Shown: positions 30,682 through 41,732 of the stretch, one piece after another
Layout: each line of letters starts with the position of its first letter
Numbering within the stretch: the stretch's first letter is position 1
From: an uncultured Nitrososphaeraceae archaeon
Lineage (GTDB): Archaea; Thermoproteota; Nitrososphaeria; Nitrososphaerales; Nitrososphaeraceae
DNA: 64,000 nucleotides
NCBI GenBank assembly: GCA_963779615.1
Contig: CAVZZA010000001.1
Coordinates: forward strand, 448,001 to 512,000
Direction: 5' to 3'
Made by a program: the position numbers and the translations under genes
Notes under the pieces: model-generated
Seen by the model: the letters and a program-made list of their open reading frames with translations, nothing else
Database searches by the model: none
What the model was told of the DNA's origin: nothing

Positions 30682-30755
30682 AATTATTAAAAAAATATAT
30701 TATTATTTAACTTTTTCATAAGATGAATACACCAAAGAAAATTGGTAAAACTGGT

Positions 30756-30829
30756 GCCATAATAGCTCAGCTTGGCAGAGCGAGGGTTTCGTAAACCCTA
30801 GGCCGTGGGTTCAAATCCCACTTATGGCT
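30756..30829 (+). tRNA. tRNA-Thr (anticodon CGT)
   Basis: Acceptor stem GCCATAA/TTATGGC, anticodon arm AGGGT-TTCGTAA-ACCCT, T arm GTGGG-TTCAAAT-CCCAC; no intron and no encoded CCA. Confidence 0.97.
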
Positions 30830-30862
30830 TATAATCACAGTTATAATATGATAGTCTTTTAG

Positions 30863-31247
30863 TTATGTTACTATCAATCTTACCTGGTCCATTTTTCTAT
30901 TTCCCTGAAATTTTTTAGTCATATTTTTTATATCTTTTGAGTCGCCATAAAGTACAAAAAATCTCTAAACATCTGTCTTTATCAATTTTATTATGTATAT
31001 GTGTATTAATTATTTTGTCATAATCATGACGCATTTCACTAATTTCCTGATCGGATTTTTCATCATGAATTACCAAAAGTACTGAATGCAGGATGCCATA
31101 AAGTTCTTCAATTCTTTTTTCTTCTAAAAGTAAATTCCTCACACTGGCCCTTACAATCTCCGATCTCCCTGAAAAACCCAAAAGCTTTTGTAACTTATCT
31201 AACTCTTGAATTATATTTTCATTTAGTGAAATACTTATAATTGGCAC
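30863..31247 (-). CDS. NikR-like CopG/RHH metal-responsive regulator, with a +1 frameshift in a T run near 30956
   Basis: IISISL..GFSGRSEIVR, HIH..CLEIF; removing one T gives VLYGDSKDIKNMTKKFQGNRKMDQVRLIVT*. Confidence 0.85.
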
Positions 31248-31411
31248 TATTTTCTATTATGTTTTTATTATATTATTTAATTTTTTCAATTCTTTTATGA
31301 ATGTTAATTAATATGGTTAATTATAATAAAATATATTTTATTAAAATATCTATCTAAGGTTATTAACAGTTATTATGAAAAGTTTATATTATTAATAACC
31401 AGAATTTCATT

Positions 31412-32392
31412 ATGAATGATAAACTTTTTTTAAATATTGTTTGCTCTTCTATATTATTCATACTTATATTTATTCCATATTTTGAATTAAAAGCGGCAGA
31501 CGCATCCAATGGGTCTACATATAACAATGCCACCAACTTGTCTGGTACTACCAGATTAAATAGTTCCGACAATAAAGATGATAAATTATCTAATACTGAG
31601 CCATTAAAAATTTTTGCTTCATTTTACCCAATTTATGACTTTGTAAAAAAAATTGGCAAAGATAAGATTGATGTCTCTGTTATAGTTCCTGCAGGTATTG
31701 AACCTCATGATTTTGAACCGACTGCCAAACAAATCATTGATATGCAAAAGGCCAGTGCCATTTTTATTAATGGAGCTGGATTTGAATCATGGCTTAATAA
31801 ATTAGATAATGTCCCTATCATTGATTTAAGCAAAGATTTACCTTTGGAAAAAAATGGGCAAAATTATAATCCTCACATATGGCTTGATCCAGTTATGGTA
31901 AAGGTACAGGCAAAAAACATAGTCGATTCTTTGACTCATTTAGATCCGCATAACAAACTCTATTATTATAGTAATTATGATCAATTTATTAAAAATCTTG
32001 ATAAACTAAATGTTGATATTGTTTCCGGCCTAAATAAATGCAAGCTTCACGATTTCCTTTCTTTTCACGATGCCTTTGCTTATTTTTCCAAACGATACGG
32101 AATAAGCCAACATGCAATACAGGGCTTATCCCCACAAGCAGAAGTTCCCCCACAAAAAATAAAAGAAGCTATAGATCTTTCAAAACAATTGGGCATAGAT
32201 GTTATTTTTGCTGAGGATCATGTAGATCCAAGATTACCTGATTTAATAGCAAAAGAAATAAATGGACAAGTTTTAACCTTAAGTCCAATAGAAATAATTT
32301 CAGATGCAGAAAAGCAAATGAATAAAGATTACTTTTCAAAAATGCATGATAACTTAAACAATTTAAAAATAGCTTTAAAATGCACAATTTAA
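31412..32392 (+). CDS. znuA: Zn/Mn ABC transporter substrate-binding protein
   Basis: EPHDFEP, NPHIWLDP and FHDAFAYF motifs. Confidence 0.92.
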   Translation: MNDKLFLNIVCSSILFILIFIPYFELKAADASNGSTYNNATNLSGTTRLNSSDNKDDKLSNTEPLKIFASFYPIYDFVKKIGKDKIDVSVIVPAGIEPHDFEPTAKQIIDMQKASAIFINGAGFESWLNKLDNVPIIDLSKDLPLEKNGQNYNPHIWLDPVMVKVQAKNIVDSLTHLDPHNKLYYYSNYDQFIKNLDKLNVDIVSGLNKCKLHDFLSFHDAFAYFSKRYGISQHAIQGLSPQAEVPPQKIKEAIDLSKQLGIDVIFAEDHVDPRLPDLIAKEINGQVLTLSPIEIISDAEKQMNKDYFSKMHDNLNNLKIALKCTI

Positions 32393-32443
32393 CTTCAAAT
32401 TTTTTTGTAACATCATTGTTAAAAATAAATAAAATGAATATAT

Positions 32444-33286
32444 ATGCTTGAAATATTACAATATGAGTTTATTCAACGTGCATTAATTTCTGGTATAGCA
32501 ATATCTATTAGTTGTTCCTTGTTGGGGCTATTTTTAGTACTCAAAAGATTTTCCCTGTTTGGGGATGCAATATCTCATGTCGCTTTCGGAGGTCTTACTT
32601 TAGGATTGTTTCTAAAATCCAACCCAATTTGGATTTCCTTTATCGTGTCAATTATAGGAGGATTGGCGATGGTAAAATTGAATTCAAGCAAAAGAGTATA
32701 TTCTGATTCCTCTGTTGCAGTTTTATTATCATTTGGATTAGCCATTGGCCTGGTTTTAATTGGATTATCTGGCGGTTTCTCTATAGATATTACAAGTTAT
32801 CTATTTGGGAGTATCTTTTTAGTTAGTTACGATGAAACCCTGATAATTGTGTTTCTTGGTATTGTTATTATTTCATTTGTTATTGCGTTTTATAAAAGAC
32901 TGGTTTATTTAGTTTTTAATGAAGATCAAGCAAAAATAAGTGGATTGAACGTTACGTTATTGAACTATTTATTTATTATACTAGCAACAATTAGCATTGT
33001 TATTTCTATTAGATTGATTGGCGTATTGATGGTTTCTTCATTATTAATAATTCCTAACGTTGCAGCTTTATTGCTTGGATATGGATTTAAAAGGACTCTT
33101 TTACTTTCAGCATGTTTTTCCTTACTATCTGTTGTATTGGGAACACTTTTATCATATGAAATAAATGTTACACCTAGTGGAATGATAGTTTTAATGTCTA
33201 CTGGAATATTTTTTTCATTAAGCGTCTCAAAATATGTTTACTCTAAATTGTTCCATAACAAAAAACTTGTAAATCATTCTACCTGA
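32444..33286 (+). CDS. znuB: Zn/Mn ABC transporter permease
   Basis: GDAISHVAF and YLFGSI motifs; multiple transmembrane segments. Confidence 0.92.
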   Translation: MLEILQYEFIQRALISGIAISISCSLLGLFLVLKRFSLFGDAISHVAFGGLTLGLFLKSNPIWISFIVSIIGGLAMVKLNSSKRVYSDSSVAVLLSFGLAIGLVLIGLSGGFSIDITSYLFGSIFLVSYDETLIIVFLGIVIISFVIAFYKRLVYLVFNEDQAKISGLNVTLLNYLFIILATISIVISIRLIGVLMVSSLLIIPNVAALLLGYGFKRTLLLSACFSLLSVVLGTLLSYEINVTPSGMIVLMSTGIFFSLSVSKYVYSKLFHNKKLVNHST

Positions 33287-33372
33287 TCTTTACTTAATTT
33301 GCTACTATTTTTATATAATCCTTAAATCGATATTATTATTTACTAGATAAAAGATACCATATTATAAGAATA

Positions 33373-34245
33373 ATGGTATTTAATTCTAAATCATGTGTAA
33401 TAACACTTATCGTTCTTTCTTCTTTCTTCTTTCTTCTTATTCTTAATTATCATGTATTTTCTATATTCTCAAAACAATTAGGGGCAAATTTAGGTGAAAA
33501 TGATCCTTTTGGTATAAAAAAAATATATCCCACAAAACAAGGCGGTAGAGAATGGTTCATGAATATGTCTAATCCAAAAAATGATCCAAATGTATCCTTT
33601 ACTTTTAATCCTAATCTACTCAAACAAAATGATAGTTCGTGGAAGCTTGACAAAAACGATAAAGTTAGAATTAATGTCGAAACACCAGATAGTTTACCCG
33701 AATGGAAAAATGTAGAAATAACAGGGTATGTAAAAATTGATTCTCTTGTTAAACCGAACGATACAAATATCATATCCGATATTGATTGGGTCTCGAGAAC
33801 AGACAGACATAACGAAAACCTGCCGTGTTATGGTTTATCTTTACATGGCGGCATTTACCCTGATGGCACTGTTGCTTGGAAAAAAGAAATCTGGTTTACT
33901 GGAGGATATACCAAAGAAAGATCCGTACCGAAAATAACTGAACCAATTATCGATAGATGGATAGGCTGGAAAGTAGTAGTGTATAATACAAATAACGATT
34001 CTGCAGTGAAGATGGAATCATATTTAGATAATTCTACTTCAAATCATTGGGTAAAGGTTTTTGAAACGACCGACAATGGTAAATGGTTTGCAAACAGTTC
34101 CGATGATGAATTTTATAGTGCAAATTGTGGGAGGTCCAAAGATCATATCGTTCTAAATTCGGGGCCAATTGTAACTTTTCGAACAGACAATGTGGTTTTA
34201 AACTTTAAAGACTTTAGCATAAGAGAAATAGATCTCCCCTCTTAA
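33373..34245 (+). CDS. Secreted Nitrososphaeraceae-type hypothetical protein (beta-rich)
   Basis: Signal/TM segment, then DPFGIKKIYPTK.GGREW, WKNVEITGYVK and RWIGWK. Confidence 0.7.
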   Translation: MVFNSKSCVITLIVLSSFFFLLILNYHVFSIFSKQLGANLGENDPFGIKKIYPTKQGGREWFMNMSNPKNDPNVSFTFNPNLLKQNDSSWKLDKNDKVRINVETPDSLPEWKNVEITGYVKIDSLVKPNDTNIISDIDWVSRTDRHNENLPCYGLSLHGGIYPDGTVAWKKEIWFTGGYTKERSVPKITEPIIDRWIGWKVVVYNTNNDSAVKMESYLDNSTSNHWVKVFETTDNGKWFANSSDDEFYSANCGRSKDHIVLNSGPIVTFRTDNVVLNFKDFSIREIDLPS

Positions 34246-34675
34246 AAATAAACATGAATTAAAAATTATCGGAAAGCAAATTCAAATTTCTTTGTTGATT
34301 GTAGTAATGCATGTGCTACTATACCATTAACCAATTGATATGAAACCGATATCATTGAATATATTTGAAACACTTGTTGCAGAGGGTTAGATCATATCGT
34401 TATTTTAATGGTATATTACAACTAAAATGGGATAATCCCCATATATGGTGGTCTAGGTACAATGGTGGTAATAACTGGGCCATAGATTCTGCTACACCAG
34501 AATTTCAATTCAGATACTATCGACTACAAGTTTGATTAAAATTAAAATGGGAGTTTTCCCCTTGAACTTATCTGTTTATGCTTGTGATAAAGAAACTTAC
34601 AAATCTCAAGATAATAAATCCTATATTAAAATGAAATAAATTAATAGGTAAAGTACTTTTAATTTTTATTTATAC

Positions 34676-36814
34676 ATGCTGATAAATTTGGATAATGATA
34701 AAATTTCTTCTTTTCTTTCATTTATGGGTTATAATTCTTTTTATCCTCCCCAACAATTAGCTATAGACAATGGTTTGTTAGATGGGACTAATACTTTAGT
34801 TACTACTCCTACAGCGAGTGGAAAAACACTGATATCTATACTAGCCGCTATTAAGGCACTAGAAAAAAATAAGAAAGTAGTGTACATGACCCCATTGAGA
34901 TCCCTTGCCTATGAAAAATATGTAGATTTCAGTAATATAGATAAATCCAAAGTATTTCCTAAAAAAATCAAAATAAAAATTAGCACGGGTGACTTTAACG
35001 CCTCAAATAACGAGTTAGGAAATTCTGATATTATCATTCTAACTAATGAGAAACTGGACTCAATCCTTAGACAGGGCGGTTCATGGTTATCTAATGTTGG
35101 TCTTTTTATCTCAGATGAAATTCATTTAATCGGGGATGCAGATAGGGGACCAGTACTAGAAATGGCTCTTACAAAAATAAAAAAATTTTATCCCTCTTCT
35201 CAAATTCTTGGTTTAAGTGCTACTGTAACCAATTCTTTTGACTTGTCTGATTGGCTAGATTGTAAATTGATTGAAAGTTCTTGGAGACCAACAAGATTAT
35301 TGGAGGGAGTTTATTCTGATGGTATTATTTACTACAACGACAATTCCAAAATAAAAGTTTCTGAATCAGGAAAAGATGCCACGTCGATGACACTGGATTT
35401 AATACTAAATTCTATAAATGATAATGGCCAGAACCTCATATTTGTTGAAACAAGGAAAAGATCAATCTCTTTAGCCAAAACATCTTCTGAAATAATTTAC
35501 AAGACTCTAACTTTGGAAGAAAAAAAATCCGCGCTAAAATATTCTAAATTACTCTTAGACAACAACGATGACACTGATCTGACAAATGCTTTATCAAATT
35601 TGATATCGCTAGGTGTTGGTTTTCATCATGCAGGATTAAGTTTATCTAGCAGAGAGATAGTTGAAAAAGCTTTCAAAAACGGAATAATAAAAGCACTATT
35701 TGCTACACCTACTTTAGCCGCTGGGATAAATCTTCCTGCTCGACGAGTTATTATTACAAATGTTTCTCGATATGATTTTAGGTATGGGGCAACTCTTCCG
35801 ATAAGTGTTCTGGAATATAAACAACTTTGCGGAAGAGCGGGGAGGCCTCAATATGATACCTATGGAGAATCAATAATAATATCTGATTCACGTACATCGC
35901 ATGAAGATATATATGAGCACTATATCTTAGGCACTCCGGAACCATTAAGATCTAAATTTGAAAATACCATTGCAATAAAAATCCATTTACTTGGGACCGT
36001 CTCCTCCTTTCATGGAATAAGTATTGATGATATATATGACTTATTTTCTAAAACATTTTATTCTTTTCAAAACAAAAATAACTCTTCCCTTTACTACAAA
36101 ATAGACGCATCTTTAGATAACTTTTTGGATGAAGATTTAGTCAGATTTGAAAATAAAAAATATTATGTTACCCCATTTGGTAAACTGGTGTCTACTTTAT
36201 ACCTTAATCCTGAAACTGCTGTAGCTTTTAAAAAAATCATCAAATCGATAAAACCTCGTTCCTTAAAAACAGACAATATTTTTGGTTTTTTGCATATGAT
36301 TACTACATGCCCTGATTTTTACCCTAAATTCTCCTTTAGGAAACAGGATATCGAAGAATTTAGCATGATCTTTTATAATAATTACGACGAGTTTTTTTTT
36401 GATGTGGAATTGATGGATTGTTCCAGAAGTATGTGGGCTTTATATGAGTGGATTAACGAATCTACTGAAAAAAGAATTCATGAAAAGATTGGAGTAGATC
36501 CAGGTGATGTTCATAGAGTTGTTGAAGTTTCAAATTGGTTAGTCTCGTCTATCTTTGAAATAACTAAATTGCTTGGAAGAAATGATTTGCTCCATACCAT
36601 TTTTTCGCTTGAGAGTAGGATAAGGCATGGAGTCAAGACAGAACTTGTTCCATTGGTTCAGATTAAAGATATCGGTAGAGCAAGAGCGCGTTCTCTATAT
36701 TCGTCTGGAATCCATATCCCTAATGATTTATCAATAATGCCCGAATCCAAATTGTCATCAATTCCAAAAATAGGGCCCAAATTAGCTAAAAAACTGAAAA
36801 AAGCATACAGTTGA
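34676..36814 (+). CDS. hel308: Hel308/Hjm Ski2-like DNA helicase
   Basis: PTASGKT, DEIH, LSAT, FHHAGL, TPTLAAGINLPA and GRAGRP motifs; C-terminal HhH. Confidence 0.95.
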   Translation: MLINLDNDKISSFLSFMGYNSFYPPQQLAIDNGLLDGTNTLVTTPTASGKTLISILAAIKALEKNKKVVYMTPLRSLAYEKYVDFSNIDKSKVFPKKIKIKISTGDFNASNNELGNSDIIILTNEKLDSILRQGGSWLSNVGLFISDEIHLIGDADRGPVLEMALTKIKKFYPSSQILGLSATVTNSFDLSDWLDCKLIESSWRPTRLLEGVYSDGIIYYNDNSKIKVSESGKDATSMTLDLILNSINDNGQNLIFVETRKRSISLAKTSSEIIYKTLTLEEKKSALKYSKLLLDNNDDTDLTNALSNLISLGVGFHHAGLSLSSREIVEKAFKNGIIKALFATPTLAAGINLPARRVIITNVSRYDFRYGATLPISVLEYKQLCGRAGRPQYDTYGESIIISDSRTSHEDIYEHYILGTPEPLRSKFENTIAIKIHLLGTVSSFHGISIDDIYDLFSKTFYSFQNKNNSSLYYKIDASLDNFLDEDLVRFENKKYYVTPFGKLVSTLYLNPETAVAFKKIIKSIKPRSLKTDNIFGFLHMITTCPDFYPKFSFRKQDIEEFSMIFYNNYDEFFFDVELMDCSRSMWALYEWINESTEKRIHEKIGVDPGDVHRVVEVSNWLVSSIFEITKLLGRNDLLHTIFSLESRIRHGVKTELVPLVQIKDIGRARARSLYSSGIHIPNDLSIMPESKLSSIPKIGPKLAKKLKKAYS

Positions 36815-36848
36815 TTATTTGATAAAAAAATAAAATAAATAAAAAAAT

Positions 36849-37586
36849 TCAATGGGTGTTAACAATTCCAACATTGCCAATTTCTGAACCTATTCCATAC
36901 CCCAATAGCGCTATGCCTGTTCCTAACAAAGACATTTCTAATCCTCCTTTCACCCAATTTTTCTTTGCTAATTTGCCTTTAACTGCGCCTATGACAAAAG
37001 AAAATAACAAACTAATGGATATGGCAATCAATAATGCTATAGAATTTGTAATCAATCCTGTTTTGACAATAAAATATGGAATTATGGGGAGAATACCTCC
37101 TATTAAAAATGACACAAACATAACCAGCGCCCCTTTGACTGGCGATCCTATTATTTCCAAGTTTAAACCCAGTTCCTCAGTAAGCATTGTTTTTAACCAA
37201 ACTTCTTTATTTGATGTGATTTTATTTACAACCATATCCAGCTCCTCACCAAAAAAACCTTTAGATTTATAAATTTCTTCTATTTCTTCTCTTTCTTTAT
37301 CAGGAGTATGTTTTATTTCATATTCTTCTCTTTTTATTTCTGATTCAAGAATTTCTTTTTGAGATTTTACCGCAAGGTAGTTTTGAACCGCCATTGCCTT
37401 TGCGCCGGTAAACATGCCTATTAATGCTGCAAGAATAACGATATCCACTCCAATAGACGCCCCTCCTATGCCTGCCACTATACCTAATGAGGTATTAACT
37501 CCATCCCCAAATCCAAACACTATATCTCTGATGTAATTACTTTCTTTGATGTGAGGCTCAACATGGAAACTTGATTCTTTTTTCAA
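36849..37586 (-). CDS. VIT1/CCC1-family metal transporter
   Basis: IRDIVFGFGDG, EIKRE..E and EELGL motifs. Confidence 0.9.
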   Translation of the reverse strand: MKKESSFHVEPHIKESNYIRDIVFGFGDGVNTSLGIVAGIGGASIGVDIVILAALIGMFTGAKAMAVQNYLAVKSQKEILESEIKREEYEIKHTPDKEREEIEEIYKSKGFFGEELDMVVNKITSNKEVWLKTMLTEELGLNLEIIGSPVKGALVMFVSFLIGGILPIIPYFIVKTGLITNSIALLIAISISLLFSFVIGAVKGKLAKKNWVKGGLEMSLLGTGIALLGYGIGSEIGNVGIVNTH

Positions 37587-37759
37587 TTATGTATTTGTGT
37601 ATTTTCCAGACAGGATATAATCTTTCAATATAGTTTTTATCCTTATAATTATACTCTGCAAATATCGTCGATTGTTAATAATTTTGTGTTGTTATATGTC
37701 ATCATCAAGGAGTTCACATCCCCAAAACACTAAATCTAAAGATAAAGGCACTATTTCCT

Positions 37760-38410
37760 TGATGGGTTCAATAAACGGAAAGAACACCCGCCCCATTTAA
37801 TGTATCTTTTGTGGATTACACCAGTGTTTTTGGGGTTTGTAGCCAATAAAAAGAAGGATATCAGAAAGTCTATTATCTGGTTTATAAAAAAAAGTCTTTC
37901 CTGTACAAAAACCTGGAACTAAATGCAAAAATACAATCCTCAAAAGATATCCACAAAGGGGGAAAATTGCAGAATATCAGCGTATGTAATAACAAGACAT
38001 TACTCAAAAATGGTGGTGACCCTGATTTGATACAGTTGTTATGATGCCTGTTACTATAAAGAATCAAAAGCTAAAGTAATCCTTTATTCTAAAAAGCACA
38101 CCAATGTAAAGAAACACAATGCCCATCGCAGAGAAGTTTATTAACAATTAATTAATATCCATGGTAAGCACTATTTCCACACATGGGGATTTGGTACTCA
38201 TTAGACTTGTAAATCCTGAAAATGGAACACCACACACATTTTGCCTCCGGGATGAGCATCATAATTGAAAGGACCACCACTGTATAAAGCATAAAATAGA
38301 TGGAACTGAAAAATGCTTTGGTGATTGCTATTCCTATGAAAAAAAGAAGAATTGCAGATTAAAGCATGCAGTGAATTGGGCGATATGTTTGTTGATTATC
38401 GTAATGAGGA
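37760..38410 (+). mobile_element. Degenerate IS6-family transposase remnant
   Basis: Fragments RTP..GLH, MQKYNPQKIS, HGKH, SIIERT and KNCRLKHAVNW across broken frames. Confidence 0.7.
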
Positions 38411-38508
38411 GAGATTACTTGAGAAAGGAGCCCACAAATGATATTAAATAATTTAATAGTACCATAAAATATTACAAGATCTGTCATGATGTTATGGAGA
38501 AATAAAGC

Positions 38509-38907
38509 ATGGATTATAATAAACTAATACCAGAGGAAGAAAAATCTTTTGTAAATAAAGCAACAGAAGATCCTTTTGAGGGTGAGTACAGCAATTTTTA
38601 TGGAGATGGGGCATATATCTGTCAAAGGCGTAATACTACTCCCTTTCCATCAAAAAGCAAGCTTGATTCAGGATGTGGGTGGCCAAGCTTTGATGAAAAC
38701 TTGTCAAATGCAATAAAAACTACAGCCGATTTCGATGGGCTGCGAACAGAAATACAATGTACAAACTGTAAAGCTCATTTAGGACATGAATTTGTAGGTG
38801 AAGAACACTTTACAGATAAAAATACTAGGGAATGCGTTAATTCAGATTCATTATCTGTATTTTTTATCCCAAAGGAAAAGGGGTTGCCAAAAACAATTCA
38901 TGAATGA
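38509..38907 (+). CDS. msrB: Methionine-R-sulfoxide reductase (possibly decaying)
   Basis: GCGWPSF, RTEI.C..C.AHLGH and RECVNS motifs; the first CxxC reads CQRR. Confidence 0.85.
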   Translation: MDYNKLIPEEEKSFVNKATEDPFEGEYSNFYGDGAYICQRRNTTPFPSKSKLDSGCGWPSFDENLSNAIKTTADFDGLRTEIQCTNCKAHLGHEFVGEEHFTDKNTRECVNSDSLSVFFIPKEKGLPKTIHE

Positions 38908-39451
38908 CAATACTGAAATCGCAACACTTGCCAATGGGTGTTTCTGGTGTTCCGAGGCTGTCTTTAAAAGACTTAAAGGTGTCGAATCCGTTCTACCTGG
39001 CTATGCAGGAGGAACAGTAAAAAATCCTTCTTATGACGAGGTATGCATGGAAAATACAGGGCATGCAGAATCAATTCAAGTAAAATTTGATCCAAAGATC
39101 ATTTCTTTTGAAAAGATCCTCAACGTTTTCTGGCATACTCATAATCCAACTACTCTTAACAGACAAGGTAATGACATTGGTACACAGTACCGATCTGCAA
39201 TCTTTTTTCATGACGAAAAACAGAAAGCGATTGCCGAGAAATCAAAACAAGATCTTGAACAAGCAGGTCTTTACAAAGATCCCATTGTGACAGAAATTAC
39301 TCCCTTTGAAAATTTTTATATTGCAGAGGATTATCACAAAAACTACTACGACAAACATCAAGAAGTTTCCTATTGCAATTTTGTGATAGACCCCAAAATC
39401 CACAAACTGCTTAAGCAGTATAGAAGTGATATAAAAGAAGAATACAAATAG
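38900..39451 (+). CDS. msrA: Peptide methionine-S-sulfoxide reductase
   Basis: GCFWC, GHAE, RQGND.GTQYRS and AEDYH motifs; start set at MNDNTE. Confidence 0.95.
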   Translation: MNDNTEIATLANGCFWCSEAVFKRLKGVESVLPGYAGGTVKNPSYDEVCMENTGHAESIQVKFDPKIISFEKILNVFWHTHNPTTLNRQGNDIGTQYRSAIFFHDEKQKAIAEKSKQDLEQAGLYKDPIVTEITPFENFYIAEDYHKNYYDKHQEVSYCNFVIDPKIHKLLKQYRSDIKEEYK

Positions 39452-39499
39452 ATTTCATTAAGTAGGAAAGGAAGAAGGAAGGAGTATAAAATGAGATTG

Positions 39500-40090
39500 T
39501 ATTTGCGTTACCTAGGCAATCTCCATTTGACTTCAATACGAGAGCATGCTTTAATTTTGCATTTTTTCTTGTTTCTACATGGAAGGTAATCAAAGTTTTC
39601 TATCCTATCTTTTAAATATTGAAGTTCTTTCAATAATTCTTTTCCCATTCTTGTACACAAGAAAATGAATGAGACGACTAATCTTTAAGAACTTGCAGGC
39701 TTGAGGATACCAGGTACCACCGTCGGCCTAAACTGGGTGTTCTCCATATTCACCTGCAACTTGACAAAAACGTTTTGCCACAAACGTATCCCTCTCCTTT
39801 GACAATCCTGACAATTTTAAACCAAGTATCTCTTTTTCTACAGCTCATTAGCAATAAACAACAAAATTGATTCAGAGCCAACTTGATTAAAGTTTATCAA
39901 TTATATATATAGAACAGATTGTTTTCTTTTGTTTGTGCTTTCATACCAATTTCCAAACTATACATGGCTTATTTTGATAATATGTAAAAAAGAAGACATT
40001 GGGGGGTGTTTCTAAAGATAAACCCAGAAAGTACAAGCAACCCATTGCCAATGAATTCTGAAGGTGTTCTGTTATTTTAATAACCATGTT
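39500..40090 (-). mobile_element. Degenerate IS6-family transposase remnant
   Basis: Minus-strand fragments NRTPS..LYFLGLS, IKVGSE and EYGEHPV*ADDGTWYPQACKFLK. Confidence 0.8.
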
Positions 40091-40426
40091 GGAGTTAGGG
40101 CATCTTTTACTATGTGATTTTCCTTAAGTTAAAGGCGCCTTTTTATAAATTGAAAACTTTATACCTTATCTCGCCTAGAATTAGAATCTATTTCAAGGAC
40201 CGATATCCGCACTAAACCCCGGCAATTTCAATACTTGACATTTCTTAACCCAGTCCTTATTTATTTGCACCAGATGAATACCACAAATCTGCAGAATAAA
40301 ATCCAATGGTTTCAATAAGAGATTTGTATATTGTATATTGAATAGGCATCGAAAGACAATCTGGATATCAATCTCCAAATTGATTAGTTTTTAAATTTAG
40401 AGAGCTCAAATATGGAAGAAGACCCT

Positions 40427-41012
40427 CTATAAGGATGACACACCGTCAAAGTTATCTATCTTTGTCCTCAATCCATCAATTTCCTTTTCAAGTTGCAGTT
40501 TCTTTGAGTGCAGATGCAAAATATGGTTATTGTACAGGTCCACCTGTTTACGCAAGTCCAAAAGGCGATTTTGGGTCTCCAAGAGTTCTGTGATTCCCTG
40601 TTTACTCAATCCCTCTTTTTTTATACGCCTATACAGATGCACAAGGAGTACAAAGTCTTCACCATTTAACTCATTGTAAATGTTTACCAGACCCCCCATT
40701 CTTGACAGCCGCAGGTAGTCGCCATGATAATCGAGAATGGCATCGGCATCTATATCCAGCTCAATTGCCACGTCTACAAGGGCCTTTTTTGTCTTTGAAC
40801 AACCTAAAGGCCTGGGCACAGGGGGACAAATTCTTAAGGCGCCTTTCTTTATCCTCTTCTTCAATAGTGACGTCATCACCGGTTACTCGATTCATTATTT
40901 CTCCAATGGCTCTAAATGATATGTGTACCTGTTTGGCTATTTCACGGGTGGTCCTGCCTTCATTGGCAAGTTTGACAACTAGTTCTTCCTTTTCACTCTT
41001 TTTTAAAATCAA
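40427..41012 (-). CDS. Nitrososphaeraceae HTH plus coiled-coil protein, +1 frameshift in an A run near 40787
   Basis: [36 protein letters not shown] joins [10 protein letters not shown]; paralogous to 58313-58876. Confidence 0.7.
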
Positions 41013-41052
41013 ACCATCTATACATATAGCAATTAGTTTATATATAAGGCAA

Positions 41053-41418
41053 CCTGGTTCCCCTGGTTCCCCTGGTTCCCCTGGTTCCCCTGGTTCCCCT
41101 GGTTCCCCTGGTTCCCCTGGTTCCCCTGGTTCCCCTGGTTCCCCTGGTTCCCCTGGTTCCCCTGGTTCCCCTGGTTCCCCTGGTTCCCCTGGTTCCCCTG
41201 GTTCCCCTGGTTCCCCTGGTTCCCCTGGTTCCCCTGGTTCCCCTGGTTCCCCTGGTTCCCCTGGTTCCCCTGGTTCCCCTGGTTCCCCTGGTTCCCCTGG
41301 TTCCCCTGGTTCCCCTGGTTCCCCTGGTTCCCCTGGTTCCCCTGGTTCCCCTGGTTCCCCTGGTTCCCCTGGTTCCCCTGGTTCCCCTGGTTCCCCTGGT
41401 TCCCCTGGTTCCCCTGGT
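41053..41418. repeat. Perfect 9-bp tandem array (CCTGGTTCC), about 40 copies
   Basis: 366 bp uninterrupted, no spacers. Confidence 0.98.
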
Positions 41419-41732
41419 ATAAGCGGTCACAATATTCGTTGATAGGCCTTCTAAATTATCCTAGGAAAAAAAGGTGGGGTGAGGTGCTAGCGGTAGGGTA
41501 GAGGTAGAGAGGAGATTCAGTCCAAATTAAATTCTTTACTGTGAGGACCCTAACCACTTTTAATTCTACATTTTGAGGACAAGGAGGTAGTTTTGGACTT
41601 GGAGGAAAACCACGTAGGGGTGAATAGATCTGATTGTAGTCGTGGTATTAATTGCAGTATCAGAGAAATAGGTAATCAAGTTCTCCCACTGATTGAAAAG
41701 ATAGGACCTGATCTTATTGATGAATGTATTAC

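Noticed and set aside
41053-41418. CRISPR array, or collagen-like (PGS)n / (TRG)n proteins (ORFs 40702-41442 and 41038-41430)
   Set aside because: There are no spacers or cas genes. The frames stay open only because the 9-mer lacks stop codons. There is no synonymous variation, and the longer ORF overlaps the HTH gene antisense.
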